64,000 nt of DNA from Oscillospiraceae bacterium (GTDB lineage Bacteria > Bacillota > Clostridia > Oscillospirales > Ruminococcaceae), in NCBI GenBank assembly GCA_017468365.1, contig JAFUIS010000019.1:11009-75008 (forward strand). The letters run 5' to 3'. How positions within the stretch are numbered: position 1 is the first letter of the stretch; each line of letters begins with the position of its first letter. Positions 1 through 10,007 of this stretch are shown here, one piece after another. The translations under genes and the position numbers were made by a program. The notes under the pieces were generated by a model. The model saw only the letters and a list, made by a program, of their open reading frames with translations. It searched no databases and was not told the origin of the DNA.

Positions 1-993
1 AAACGCATTCTCAGCAAGATGGATACCGAGGATGTTGAGCTTCAGAAGAGCAACGTGCTTCTTCTGGGACCCACCGGTACCGGTAAAACCCTTCTTGCCC
101 AGACTCTTGCAAGGGTGCTCGGCGTTCCTTTTGCCATTGCGGATGCGACCACCATCACCGAGGCCGGGTACGTAGGTGAGGACGCCGAAAACGTTCTTCT
201 TCGCCTTATCCAGGCTGCAGATTTTGACGTTGAGGCAGCTCAGCGCGGAATCATCTATGTTGATGAAATCGACAAGATAACCAGAAAATCCGAAAATCCT
301 TCCATTACCCGCGACGTAGGCGGCGAAGGCGTTCAGCAGGCACTTCTCAAAATGCTTGAAGGTACCGTTTCCAACGTTCCGCCCCAGGGAGGAAGAAAAC
401 ATCCCCAGCAGGAATTCATCCAGATCGATACCACCAATATTCTTTTCATCTGCGGAGGTTCCTTTGACGGAATAGAGCCCATCATCGAAAAACGAATTGC
501 AAGTTCCGCAATGGGATTCGGTGCAACGGTGCTCAGCCAGAAATCGAAGGAAACCAAAGACCTTCTTAAAAAGGTAACTCCGCACGATCTTGTAAAATTC
601 GGTATCATTCCCGAAATGGTAGGCCGTCTTCCGGTTATCACCGCTCTTGAAAGCCTTGATAAACCCGCTCTTGTAAAAATTCTTACCGAGCCGAAGAACA
701 GCCTTGTAAAACAGTATCAGAAGCTGTTCAGCCTTGACGGAGTAAGTCTTGAATTCACCGATGCCGCTCTTGAGGCCATTGCCCAGAAGGCTATCGACAG
801 AAAGACCGGCGCAAGGGGACTTCGTTCCATTATGGAAGAGACTCTCGGAAAGCTTATGTTCGAGCTTCCTTCCGATGAAACCGCGGAAGCAGTGGTCATC
901 GGCGAAGCCTGCGTTACCGAAGGAGCAGCCCCGGTTATTGAAAGAAACCCCCTTAAAAAGAACGTACCGCTTGAAATTGCGGCAAAAGCATAA
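1..993 (+). CDS. clpX: ATP-dependent protease ATP-binding subunit ClpX, C-terminal ~330 aa (5' end upstream of window)
   Basis: Frame open from base 1; Walker A GPTGTGKT, Walker [10 protein letters not shown], ClpX-type C-terminal domain; clpX-lon-engB order as in other Firmicutes. Confidence 0.95.
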   Translation, partial: KRILSKMDTEDVELQKSNVLLLGPTGTGKTLLAQTLARVLGVPFAIADATTITEAGYVGEDAENVLLRLIQAADFDVEAAQRGIIYVDEIDKITRKSENPSITRDVGGEGVQQALLKMLEGTVSNVPPQGGRKHPQQEFIQIDTTNILFICGGSFDGIEPIIEKRIASSAMGFGATVLSQKSKETKDLLKKVTPHDLVKFGIIPEMVGRLPVITALESLDKPALVKILTEPKNSLVKQYQKLFSLDGVSLEFTDAALEAIAQKAIDRKTGARGLRSIMEETLGKLMFELPSDETAEAVVIGEACVTEGAAPVIERNPLKKNVPLEIAAKA

Positions 994-1063
994 AAAATTA
1001 TAAAAGCGGCAGCCGCATCAGGGGTTGCCGCTTCCGATATTTTTATACCGGAGGTGAAAAAAC

Positions 1064-3487
1064 ATGCCTGAAAAAAGAGAACTTGAAATTATCACAATGC
1101 CCATGATAGCCATGAGGGGAATCGTTCTTTTCCCGAACATGATACTGCATTTCGATGTGGGCAGAAAAAAATCCATTGCCGCCCTTGAAGAAGCTATGAA
1201 AGGCAACAGAACGATTTTTCTTGTTGCCCAGAAGAACATAGAAGAGGACGAAATAAAAACGGATAATATCAATAAGGTCGGCGTTGTTGCCGAAGTGCGC
1301 CAGGTGCTCAAAAACAACGGCGGAACAACCAGAATTCTTGTTGAAGGCAAATACCGCGCAAAACTTGTTGACATTCTTGAAGAAGAACCTTTCCTCGTTG
1401 CGAACGTTCAGGAGTTCCCTCTTAAAGAACTCAGACCCAAACGCTCTATCCTTTGCGATGCGCTTATCAGAACGGTAAAGGATCTTTTCAACGAATATTC
1501 TTTCCTCGTTCCCAAAATGCCGAAGGAGCTTATGGTAAAGGCCTTCGGAATCGATGATCCTGCTCAGCTCGGCGAATTTATTGCCGGCAACCTCAATATC
1601 GACATTGAGGACAAGCAGGCTATCCTTGAGGAATCCAACTACGTAAAACGCCTTGAAATGCTTGCTGGTGTTCTTGAAAACGAGAACAATATCCTCGGCG
1701 TTGAAAAGGATATATACGAAAAAGTAAAGGAACAGATCGACCAGAACCAGCGTGAATATTACCTTCGCGAACAGCTCAAAGCCATTACCGAAGAGCTTGG
1801 TGAAAACGAGAACGTTCAGGATGAGGCAGATGCTTACAAGAAAAAAATCGAGGCTGCAGGAGTTACCGGTGAGGTAAAGGAAAAACTTCTTGAAGAGGTT
1901 GCAAGGCTTTATAAAATGCCTTTTAACAGCCAGGAAGCAAGCGTTATCCGCGGATATCTCGATACCTGTATTGCGCTTCCTTGGAACATAAAGACCGAAG
2001 AGAAGATTGACCTTGCAAAAGCTAAAAAGCAGCTTGACAAGAACCACTACGGTCTTGAAAAAGTAAAAGAGCGTATTCTTGAACTTCTTGCGGTAAGAAA
2101 ACTTCAGCCGGATATCAAAGGCCAGATAATCTGTCTTGTGGGTCCTCCCGGTGTCGGCAAAACTTCCATTGCTAAAGATATTGCGGCAGCCATGGGCAGA
2201 AAATATACCCGTATTTCTCTCGGCGGAATGAAGGACGAATCCGATATCCGAGGCCACAGAAAAACTTATATCGGCGCAATGCCCGGACGCATTATGAATG
2301 CGGTAAAACTTGCCGGAAGCAAAAACGCCCTTATCCTTCTCGATGAGATAGATAAAATGGGCAACGACTTCCGCGGCGACCCCGCTTCCGCAATGCTCGA
2401 AGTTCTTGACCCGGAACAGAATAATGCTTTCCGCGACCACTATATCGAAGTTCCTTTCGACCTTTCCGATATTCTTTTCATTACCACCGCAAACGACGCC
2501 AGCACCATTCCCGGTCCGCTTTATGACCGAATGGAAGTTATCGAGCTTGCTTCCTATACCAGGGAAGAGAAATTCCAGATAGGCAAAAAACATCTTCTCA
2601 AAAAAGAGATGAAACGCCACGGACTCGATTCCAAAATGCTCCGCATAACCGATGACGCCATTTATTCCATCATCGATTTTTATTCCAGGGAAGCCGGAGT
2701 AAGAAACCTTGAAAGAATAATCGGAAGTCTTTGCAGAAAAGCCGCAAAGAAAATTGTTGGCGGAGAAGCGGAAAAAGTTGTTATCAACGAAAACAACATC
2801 ACCGATTTTCTCGGAGTCAAAAAGTTCCGTCCCGAAACCATTGAGCAGAATGACAGCGTCGGTCTTGTAAACGGACTTGCATGGACTTCCGTTGGCGGAG
2901 ATATGCTTCAGGTGGAAGTTGCAGTTCTTGACGGCAACGGAAAAATCGAACTCACCGGTAACCTCGGCGACGTTATGAAAGAATCCGCAAAAGCTGCTAT
3001 AAGCTTTGTGCGCTCCTGCACCGAAAAATACGGAATAGAGCACGATTTTTATAAGACAAAGGATATACATATCCACGTACCCGAAGGTGCCGTTCCTAAG
3101 GACGGACCTTCTGCGGGCGTAACTCTTACCACCGCTATCGTTTCCGCACTTTCCGGAATTCCGGTTCGCAGAGACGTTGCCATGACCGGCGAGATAACTC
3201 TTCGCGGAAGAGTGCTCGCTATCGGAGGTCTTCGTGAAAAAACCATGGCGGCTTACAGAGCGGGCGTAAAGACCGTGCTCATTCCGGAAGAAAACCTTCC
3301 GGACCTCGAAGAGGTCGATCCGGTAGTCAAAAAAGCTATCACCTTTGTTCCGGCAAAAGAGGTCGAAACCGTGCTTGAAACTGCACTTATCAGACCTGCA
3401 AAAGCGGCAAAACACGAAAACCCGTTCATCGAGGAAATTTCCATGCTCGGAATCGAGCACGAAAAAAATCCGGTGAGCGTTCAGTAA
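1064..3487 (+). CDS. lon: ATP-dependent Lon protease
   Basis: 807 aa; Lon N-domain, AAA+ Walker [11 protein letters not shown]-terminal protease motif PKDGPSAG; GGAGG RBS upstream. Confidence 0.95.
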   Translation: MPEKRELEIITMPMIAMRGIVLFPNMILHFDVGRKKSIAALEEAMKGNRTIFLVAQKNIEEDEIKTDNINKVGVVAEVRQVLKNNGGTTRILVEGKYRAKLVDILEEEPFLVANVQEFPLKELRPKRSILCDALIRTVKDLFNEYSFLVPKMPKELMVKAFGIDDPAQLGEFIAGNLNIDIEDKQAILEESNYVKRLEMLAGVLENENNILGVEKDIYEKVKEQIDQNQREYYLREQLKAITEELGENENVQDEADAYKKKIEAAGVTGEVKEKLLEEVARLYKMPFNSQEASVIRGYLDTCIALPWNIKTEEKIDLAKAKKQLDKNHYGLEKVKERILELLAVRKLQPDIKGQIICLVGPPGVGKTSIAKDIAAAMGRKYTRISLGGMKDESDIRGHRKTYIGAMPGRIMNAVKLAGSKNALILLDEIDKMGNDFRGDPASAMLEVLDPEQNNAFRDHYIEVPFDLSDILFITTANDASTIPGPLYDRMEVIELASYTREEKFQIGKKHLLKKEMKRHGLDSKMLRITDDAIYSIIDFYSREAGVRNLERIIGSLCRKAAKKIVGGEAEKVVINENNITDFLGVKKFRPETIEQNDSVGLVNGLAWTSVGGDMLQVEVAVLDGNGKIELTGNLGDVMKESAKAAISFVRSCTEKYGIEHDFYKTKDIHIHVPEGAVPKDGPSAGVTLTTAIVSALSGIPVRRDVAMTGEITLRGRVLAIGGLREKTMAAYRAGVKTVLIPEENLPDLEEVDPVVKKAITFVPAKEVETVLETALIRPAKAAKHENPFIEEISMLGIEHEKNPVSVQ

Positions 3488-3499
3488 GCGAGGAAAAAT

Positions 3500-4123
3500 A
3501 TGAACTATAATCATGCGATTTTTGAAGCGGCATACGGCACTTCAAAACAGCTTCCGAAAGCGGATCATGTTGAATTTGCCTTTGCGGGACATTCCAACGT
3601 GGGTAAATCTTCGCTTATGAATGCGATTTTTGGAAGAAAGGCCCTTGCAAGGGTTTCAAGCCAGCCGGGAAAGACCGTTACCGTAAACTTTTATGATGTT
3701 GACGGTGTAAAGTTTGTTGACTTGCCAGGCTACGGATATGCAAAAGTTTCTCAAAGCGATAAAAAACGTTGGGCAGACCTTGTTGAGGGATACCTTATGA
3801 GCGACCGCGATATCCGCCTTATCGTTCAGCTTGTTGACAGCCGTCACGCACCCACTAAGGACGACGTTCAGATGATAGACTTTATGATCGACAACGAAGT
3901 TCCGTTCATCATTGCGCTTACCAAATGCGATAAACTCAACAAAACCGAGCGCAAAAAAAGGGAAGAGGCTTTCCTTACCGAAATTCCTTGCTTTGACCAG
4001 ATAACTTCCGTCTGGACGAGCACCACCACTTTTGAAGGAATTTCCGACCTTAAAGAAATTTTTGAGGAACTCAGTTCCGAAGATTATGAATTTGAGGATG
4101 AAGAGGAATCCGAAGAAGAATAA
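3500..4123 (+). CDS. engB: ribosome biogenesis GTP-binding protein EngB/YsxC
   Basis: G1 GHSNVGKSS, G3 DLPGYG, G4 TKCD; acidic C-terminal tail; position after lon. Confidence 0.9.
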   Translation: MNYNHAIFEAAYGTSKQLPKADHVEFAFAGHSNVGKSSLMNAIFGRKALARVSSQPGKTVTVNFYDVDGVKFVDLPGYGYAKVSQSDKKRWADLVEGYLMSDRDIRLIVQLVDSRHAPTKDDVQMIDFMIDNEVPFIIALTKCDKLNKTERKKREEAFLTEIPCFDQITSVWTSTTTFEGISDLKEIFEELSSEDYEFEDEEESEEE

Positions 4124-4132
4124 AATTAAAAA

Positions 4133-4160
4133 GGCACTTCTTGTTTGAAGTGCCTTTTTT
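4133..4160 (+). terminator. Rho-independent terminator after engB
   Basis: GGCACTTC-ttgttt-GAAGTGCC followed by TTTTTT. Confidence 0.8.
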
Positions 4161-4181
4161 GACCGCAAAGGGAGGGAAAAC

Positions 4182-4658
4182 ATGGACATTTCTTTCGGAA
4201 TCGAAAATCAGAAATTCAATTACCGCGTCTGCGCAATTATAATTGAAAACGGCAGGATTCTTGCCATGAAAGACGAAGGTTCGCCTTATTATTATCTTCC
4301 GGGCGGAAGAGTAAAAATCGGCGAAACCGCAGAAGAAGCTCTTTTGCGCGAATGCGAGGAAGAACTTTTGATAAAGCCGGAAATTATCCGTCCGCTTTGG
4401 CTTAACCAGGCGTTTTTTACCGAAGACGTCAGCAAAATGAGATTCCACGAACTTTGCGTTTATTTTCTTGTTGATGTTTCTAAAACGGATATCTTTTCGA
4501 GAGGGGATAAATTCGTTTTAACCGAAAACGGACAGAAACATCGGTTTGAATGGCTTTCTTTTGAAAAACTTAAAGACGAGTATTTCTATCCGGAATTTCT
4601 TAAAAAAGATATTTTTAATTTGCCGGAAAACTTTGAAATAAGAACGGAAATTGAATAA
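4182..4658 (+). CDS. NUDIX family hydrolase
   Basis: Nudix box GGRVKIGETAEEALLRECEEEL. Confidence 0.85.
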   Translation: MDISFGIENQKFNYRVCAIIIENGRILAMKDEGSPYYYLPGGRVKIGETAEEALLRECEEELLIKPEIIRPLWLNQAFFTEDVSKMRFHELCVYFLVDVSKTDIFSRGDKFVLTENGQKHRFEWLSFEKLKDEYFYPEFLKKDIFNLPENFEIRTEIE

Positions 4659-4765
4659 GAAATCATTGATGAAGTTAAAGATTGGATTTGTTCTGTCTAA
4701 TAAAAAAGGCCGCCCGAGAGTGCGGTCCAATAAAGCAGTATAATCAGGAACGAAGTGGTGCAAAA

Positions 4766-4798
4766 CAGCCCGGACATTCAGGTGTCCGGGCTGTTTCT
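4766..4798 (+). terminator. stem-loop with T-tract, probable terminator downstream of the NUDIX gene
   Basis: CAGCCCGGACA-ttcagg-TGTCCGGGCTG then TTTCT. Confidence 0.6.
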
Positions 4799-4901
4799 CG
4801 CAAGGCGCACAATACAGGCCAGCAGACACATGTATAGAAGTGCGCCCTTAGTAAACTAAGAAATGTATGAAAGGTTGGTCTATCTGTTGTCCATATGGTA
4901 C

Positions 4902-4929
4902 TTGATTTTCTCAGAAAAACATATATAAT
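4902..4929 (+). promoter_or_regulatory. candidate sigma-A promoter for the HNH islet (about 280-nt leader)
   Basis: TTGATT (4902-4907), 16-nt spacer, TATAAT (4924-4929). Confidence 0.45.
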
Positions 4930-5216
4930 TATGAACGTAGATTATGTTAAAATTGAGTAAAATTGTTTGACGGAACGACGAGAAATCCGAAGACAACAAC
5001 GGTACCAATTTTCCTACACTCAAAAATTTGTAATTCTAAGATACTCTCAACGCCGATTAAAATTCTCGTTACGTCGTTGAGAACCCACAAGATTGGTTCC
5101 GGGAGATTCTCCTCTCCTTGTTGCTATGCGTGTAAAGTGTCAATTCGGATCATTGAAGTCTGTACACGCAATAGTGTATGGGCTTTTTATTTTTGGTTCG
5201 AGTTGGAGGTGATACA

Positions 5217-5558
5217 ATGAAAATTTGCAAAGCACATGCACTTCGTTTGTGGGAGGAATGCTTCGGCAACGCTCAGTTTGCCGAGGACTTTCATGGCAAT
5301 CTTATGTGTCGTGATGGATATGGTAACTATAATTTCTGCGTTAATAGGTGGGGAACACTTATTTATTGCGGTTGGAACATCCATCACATCCTTCCGCTTT
5401 CCTGCGGTGGGACAAATGAAAAACACAATTTGATTTGTACGAACATTTACACAAACGATCAGGCGGAAGATAAGATTACTTATTGGATTGATGACTGCCT
5501 ATACCAAGTGCAAAAGGTTTATGGCACAAGAGAACATCAAATCGTAAGACTGAATTAG
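5217..5558 (+). CDS. small HNH (beta-beta-alpha-Me) nuclease, 113 aa
   Basis: GGAGG RBS 7 nt before the ATG at 5217, so the track start at 5178 is unlikely; motif GWNIHHILPLSCGGTNEKHNLICTNIYTNDQAEDK fits His-Me finger (HH...N...N). Confidence 0.75.
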   Translation: MKICKAHALRLWEECFGNAQFAEDFHGNLMCRDGYGNYNFCVNRWGTLIYCGWNIHHILPLSCGGTNEKHNLICTNIYTNDQAEDKITYWIDDCLYQVQKVYGTREHQIVRLN

Positions 5559-5569
5559 TGGGTAAAACG

Positions 5570-5749
5570 ATGAGTAAACATTTCTTTGATTATGAAGATG
5601 GAGATTTTTTCCACAGCATATCTGATAATATGGCGATTGATTCCGATGGAAATATGATGATGCGGATTTCAGATCATTTGGCCATAGATATGGATTCAGG
5701 AGATCTTCATTATACTTCTTCATGGGATAACAATGAAGATAATGACTAA
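5570..5749 (+). CDS. small highly acidic protein with tandem ISDxxAIDxDxG repeats (function unknown; candidate partner or inhibitor of the HNH protein)
   Basis: 59 aa from ATG 5570; an alternative GTG at 5558 overlaps the HNH stop as TAGTG. Repeats are SISDNMAIDSDGN and RISDHLAIDMDSGD; strong terminator follows. Confidence 0.55.
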   Translation: MSKHFFDYEDGDFFHSISDNMAIDSDGNMMMRISDHLAIDMDSGDLHYTSSWDNNEDND

Positions 5750-5763
5750 ATTAATCTAAAAAG

Positions 5764-5803
5764 CACTACCGAGAAGCGGTTAACTTCTCGGTAGTGTTCT
5801 TCT
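5764..5803 (+). terminator. Rho-independent terminator of the HNH/acidic protein pair
   Basis: CACTACCGAGAAG-cggttaa-CTTCTCGGTAGTG then TTCTTCT. Confidence 0.8.
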
Positions 5804-5920
5804 ATTCTCGCTTTCTGAGCAGAGGGAATTCCTATTTGAACATAGCCAGAACTTAATTAAACTTTAGCATTTGCATACTGTCCTATTGGAAATCACCCGA
5901 AAGGCGGTCTTTTTTATTTA

Positions 5921-6601
5921 TCAGTTATCTCTTGTTTCGATGACTTCGCCGTTGTGCAAACGAATTATTCTGTCAGCCATACCGGCGATTTCCATATCAT
6001 GGGTAACAAGAAGTATGGTCTGATGAAAACGCGCCGCAAGGGCTTTAAGGTGGCGCAAAACCTGGTCGCCGGTCTTGGGGTCAAGGTTACCGGTGGGTTC
6101 ATCAGCAAGGATTATGGCGGGTTTTGAAACCAGCGCACGGGCAATGGCAACTCGCTGCTGCTCACCGCCGGAAAGCTGGTCCGGATAGCGGTCGAGTTTA
6201 TCCGAAATTTCCAAAGCCTCAACAAGTTCCTTTACGAATTCAGGGTCGGCGTCGCGTCCGTCAAGATGAAGAGGCATAAGAATGTTTTCTTTAACGGTAT
6301 GTTCTTCAAGAAGATTGTAAGCCTGGAAAACAAAACCGATTCGCTGCCTGCGAAGGCGGCAAAGTTCGTTGTTGCCAAGGTCGAAAATGCTTTTATCTTC
6401 GATAAAAAGTTTTCCGCCGGTGGGACGGTCAAGTCCGCCCAAAATCTGAAGAAGGGTGGATTTTCCCGAGCCGCTTCGTCCGATTATGGCATAGAAAACG
6501 CCTTCCTCAATTGAAATATCAAGAGGCTTTAAAGCGTGAACTTCGTTTTCGCTGCCTTCGTTATATGTTTTATAAAGACCTTCGGTTCTTAAAATATCCA
6601 T
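5921..6601 (-). CDS. ABC transporter ATP-binding protein (MacB/LolD-FtsE type)
   Basis: Walker [10 protein letters not shown], signature LSGGEQQR, Walker [12 protein letters not shown]. Confidence 0.9.
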   Translation of the reverse strand: MDILRTEGLYKTYNEGSENEVHALKPLDISIEEGVFYAIIGRSGSGKSTLLQILGGLDRPTGGKLFIEDKSIFDLGNNELCRLRRQRIGFVFQAYNLLEEHTVKENILMPLHLDGRDADPEFVKELVEALEISDKLDRYPDQLSGGEQQRVAIARALVSKPAIILADEPTGNLDPKTGDQVLRHLKALAARFHQTILLVTHDMEIAGMADRIIRLHNGEVIETRDN

Positions 6602-6610
6602 TCAAAAGCC

Positions 6611-9600
6611 TCACTTTCTGGTTTTGATGTTTTCAATGGGAAGATAACGGCGAAGATTATGCATAGGCATAATGTAAAGAAGAGTTATAATCGCCGCAAG
6701 CACTACGCAAAGAAGGGTGTGGAGAAGCCACGGATATCCCCAAAGAAGGTTTCCGAGCACGGCTTCGGTAAAAGCGGAATATATCGCAATCCCGCCCCAG
6801 AGCGCCGTATTGGCAATAAGAAGCGCACATCCGGAAGAAATGAGTCCGATATAAAGCTGACGCTTTATGAACTGGCGGTTGCTTACTCCGAGGGACTGAA
6901 GGATTCCTATGCGGTTGCGTTCCTGCTCAATATCGGAAATTACGGTGTTAGCAAAAATCATCAGCGCAAGCAGTACAGCGGTAAGACCGAGAAGGCAAAC
7001 CAGGAGGATGTTGTTTATTCCGTCCTGCAAAAGTTTGCTGTTGCTTTCGTGATAGAATTCGATATCCATATATTCATTTCTTGCATAGATAAGAAGCTTG
7101 GTGTCAACGTCATATTTGGAAAGTCCTTCCTTGGCGTTGATATAAAAATCGGTGTTTCCGTATCCGCTGGAAACGTACATTATCTTGAAGGAGCGTATCT
7201 CGTTGGAAGAACGGGTGCGTATAGAGTTGGGAAGAATATATCCCGCAAGTTTGGAGGAACAGACAATTTGATAACCTTCGTCGCTTCCGCTGATGGGCCA
7301 GATTCCTTCATCAGGGAAATAATAGATTATTGCTCCGACTTTTACGGTTTCGGTGATGATTTTATAATCATATTTGATTCCGCCGACGTATCTTGTCTGG
7401 GCACCGACGGTTATTCTGTCGCCGACGGAAAGTCCGCCGTCCTTTTTATAGATGTGTTTATATTCTTCATAGAAGGTGGTATCGATTCCGGAGGAAGAAA
7501 CGCGTTCCCAGCCGCTTCCTTCTGCGGTTTCGGCGCCTTTTCCGTTGTCTTTATAAAGAGGAATGAGAACGATTACCTCGTCGCCGGCATCAAAAGCTTC
7601 TTTGTTAACGTTGCCGACGGTGGCCGCGGAACTGAATTGTTCAAAAAGCTTGCTGTCGGAAGAGACCGCATAAAGGTCTATAGGGTAACCGACAAAATCT
7701 TCTGCGCCGAAGCTGTCGGTGATAACTTTAAGGTCATCGCCGTAGGCTCTTTCAAGAAGAACGCTTTCGACGGAATCCCTGCTGAGCACCGCATCAGAAG
7801 CGGTACGCTGGACCTCGATGCTTTCGCATACGCCCAAAGCTTCAAGCTCGGCTATATATTCCGGAAGCTGTCTGTCCGAAGCGGAAAAGGGAAGCTGAAG
7901 AAAATAGTCGGGACGGTTGTCGCGCTGCACTGTTTCGCGGTAAGGGGTCATAAAACGGAAGCCGATAAAAACGCAAAGAGTCGTTATGAACATCATAAAG
8001 ACGCAAAGTGCAAAGTTTCCGAGGGTGCGGCTTTTGTTTGCCATAAGTCCGCGAATGGTGACGTTGAGAAAATCCTGACGGGTCTCTTTTTTAGGCGGAG
8101 CAAGAGGCTTTTTGCGAGCGGTTCTTCCGGTGAGAGGAACGCCTATGGCCATGATGCTCGGTACCATCATTCCGATGAAAAGAGCAAAAGTTCCCGCAAG
8201 AAGCGCAAGGATAAGAATGAGCGGGTCGATAGTATAAAGGATATCTCTGTTCTGTGCCTTTTCAAGGAAGAAAGTGGTTATATATGCGCCGAAAAGTCCG
8301 AGCACAGTTCCGAAAGGAAGAGTGGTTATCCAAAAATAGATGAATTCCCAAAGGAGCATCTGACCTATCTGGCGGCTTTCGGCGCCGATGGATTTCATAA
8401 GAATGATGCGGCGCAGACGCTTGCGCATCTGGGTAAAGAAAATCTGGAAAACAGCGCAGACGGTGGTTACAAAAAGGATTATCGTTACAAGAGTAAGAGT
8501 CTGTTCGCTGCCTTCGGAAGAGGAAGGATAGGCAAAACGGTTGAGCCTTAAAACGGAAAGATCGTGAGGAGATTCAACAGAATCTTCGGCAATAAGGCTG
8601 CTTTCATTTTTTATTGCACTGTTGACGATAACGCGGCATTCTTCCCAAAGTTCACGGGGAGAAAGCTTTTCGGAAGAAAGGAAAACGACGTTTTCATAAG
8701 GTTTGAAACTGAAATAAGTATATTTATCAACGACTTTTTTCTGGGCATTGATAAAGGTGTTATAGTTTTCTTCGGTTACAAAACCGCTGGGAAGTGCGAG
8801 CATTCCGGTATCCCATCTGTCGGAAAAAGTTTCGACAACGCCGCAGACGGTATAAGTATAGGGAATGTTGATTATTATATCCCTTTTATTGACGGTGACG
8901 CGGATGTTGAGGTTTTCATAACCGATAAGGTCGGCGGTGGGACCGAAATAAAAAGCTTTTTCTTCATCAGTCATATGTTTGACCATATGTTTGGTAATGT
9001 TTGTTCCGGAATCGGAAAAAGCGTTTACAAAGAAAGAATATACCTTGATAAACTGTTCTTCGGTCATTTCGTCAAAAGGAATTATTTGTCCTTCGGGGTG
9101 TTTATCATCTGCAAGGACTTTTGCCACAAGGCTTCCTTCGCTCTGGGAAGGATAAAAAGTGAAGAATTCTTCATAAACTTCCTTGTTGAAGTTGAGAATG
9201 GAAGGGTTATAGTCTTTCCAGGATTTAAGGCGATAGATATCCTTTCCTTCGTTTATGATATCCTCTTTTGAAAGTTCGATTATTTCGTCAAGCCTTGCAA
9301 GATAATCGTCGTTTGCATCAATACGGATCTGAGAAATGACGGTGAAACTGTCGCCGAGTTTGAGGTTGAGCGAAGAAAGACGGGCATATTCAAGAGCAAT
9401 CTCGTTCTTTTCTTTCGGCCAGCTGCCTTCTTTAAGAGTGAGGTTTCCGGCTTTTACAAAATCTTCGGAAAAATGTGTGAGATAATATTCGTTGTCTCCG
9501 GAAAAATAATCGACTCCGAAAACCGAAACCATCGGAAGAACGGTGGTTTTGTCGGATTTTTCCGAAAGATCCGAAATAACTTCTTCTGTAAGAATTACGG

Positions 9601-9823
9601 ATGAATCATAACCGCCGATAGAAACACCGGTAAGAGCGGGATCCCCGGCCATTACCTGCCAGTTTCCGTAAGTGCCGATTCGCTGTTCGCGGTCCGTTTC
9701 CTGAAGCGATGTGATAAGTGTGGTGGAAAGAACAAGAAAAAGAAAAGCAAGAGTGACAACGCTCCACAAAAGAAGCGTGTCTCTTTTCTGACCTATAAGT
9801 CCTTTCAAGGCGATTTTTCTCAT
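6611..9823 (-). CDS. very large FtsX-family ABC transporter permease (~1070 aa, two FtsX modules with two large extracytoplasmic domains)
   Basis: Start moved to MRKIALKG (ATG 9823, AGAGG RBS). Hydrophobic helix clusters sit after ~aa 470 and at the C-terminus with long soluble inserts; 10 nt upstream of the ATPase gene. Confidence 0.8.
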   Translation of the reverse strand: MRKIALKGLIGQKRDTLLLWSVVTLAFLFLVLSTTLITSLQETDREQRIGTYGNWQVMAGDPALTGVSIGGYDSSVILTEEVISDLSEKSDKTTVLPMVSVFGVDYFSGDNEYYLTHFSEDFVKAGNLTLKEGSWPKEKNEIALEYARLSSLNLKLGDSFTVISQIRIDANDDYLARLDEIIELSKEDIINEGKDIYRLKSWKDYNPSILNFNKEVYEEFFTFYPSQSEGSLVAKVLADDKHPEGQIIPFDEMTEEQFIKVYSFFVNAFSDSGTNITKHMVKHMTDEEKAFYFGPTADLIGYENLNIRVTVNKRDIIINIPYTYTVCGVVETFSDRWDTGMLALPSGFVTEENYNTFINAQKKVVDKYTYFSFKPYENVVFLSSEKLSPRELWEECRVIVNSAIKNESSLIAEDSVESPHDLSVLRLNRFAYPSSSEGSEQTLTLVTIILFVTTVCAVFQIFFTQMRKRLRRIILMKSIGAESRQIGQMLLWEFIYFWITTLPFGTVLGLFGAYITTFFLEKAQNRDILYTIDPLILILALLAGTFALFIGMMVPSIMAIGVPLTGRTARKKPLAPPKKETRQDFLNVTIRGLMANKSRTLGNFALCVFMMFITTLCVFIGFRFMTPYRETVQRDNRPDYFLQLPFSASDRQLPEYIAELEALGVCESIEVQRTASDAVLSRDSVESVLLERAYGDDLKVITDSFGAEDFVGYPIDLYAVSSDSKLFEQFSSAATVGNVNKEAFDAGDEVIVLIPLYKDNGKGAETAEGSGWERVSSSGIDTTFYEEYKHIYKKDGGLSVGDRITVGAQTRYVGGIKYDYKIITETVKVGAIIYYFPDEGIWPISGSDEGYQIVCSSKLAGYILPNSIRTRSSNEIRSFKIMYVSSGYGNTDFYINAKEGLSKYDVDTKLLIYARNEYMDIEFYHESNSKLLQDGINNILLVCLLGLTAVLLALMIFANTVISDIEQERNRIGILQSLGVSNRQFIKRQLYIGLISSGCALLIANTALWGGIAIYSAFTEAVLGNLLWGYPWLLHTLLCVVLAAIITLLYIMPMHNLRRYLPIENIKTRK

Positions 9824-10007
9824 ATATAAACCTCTTTGAGTGAAATTTGTCCTAAATAATATAACATATTTCAATGAAGAAAACAACTTTATAAAAGGGA
9901 CTTTCTGTCAACCGCCGGTCGACTATTAAATTTTTATTAAATATCCGTTTTTTCGGTTGAAAAAATTATTTGCGGATTTATAATCTAATAAAAAGGAGGT
10001 GCGGATA

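Noticed and set aside
4963-5220. 85-aa + strand ORF (TTG start) upstream of the HNH gene
   Set aside because: It has no RBS and an odd composition, and it runs through predicted stem-loops into the real RBS and start of the HNH gene. It is better explained as a structured untranslated leader.
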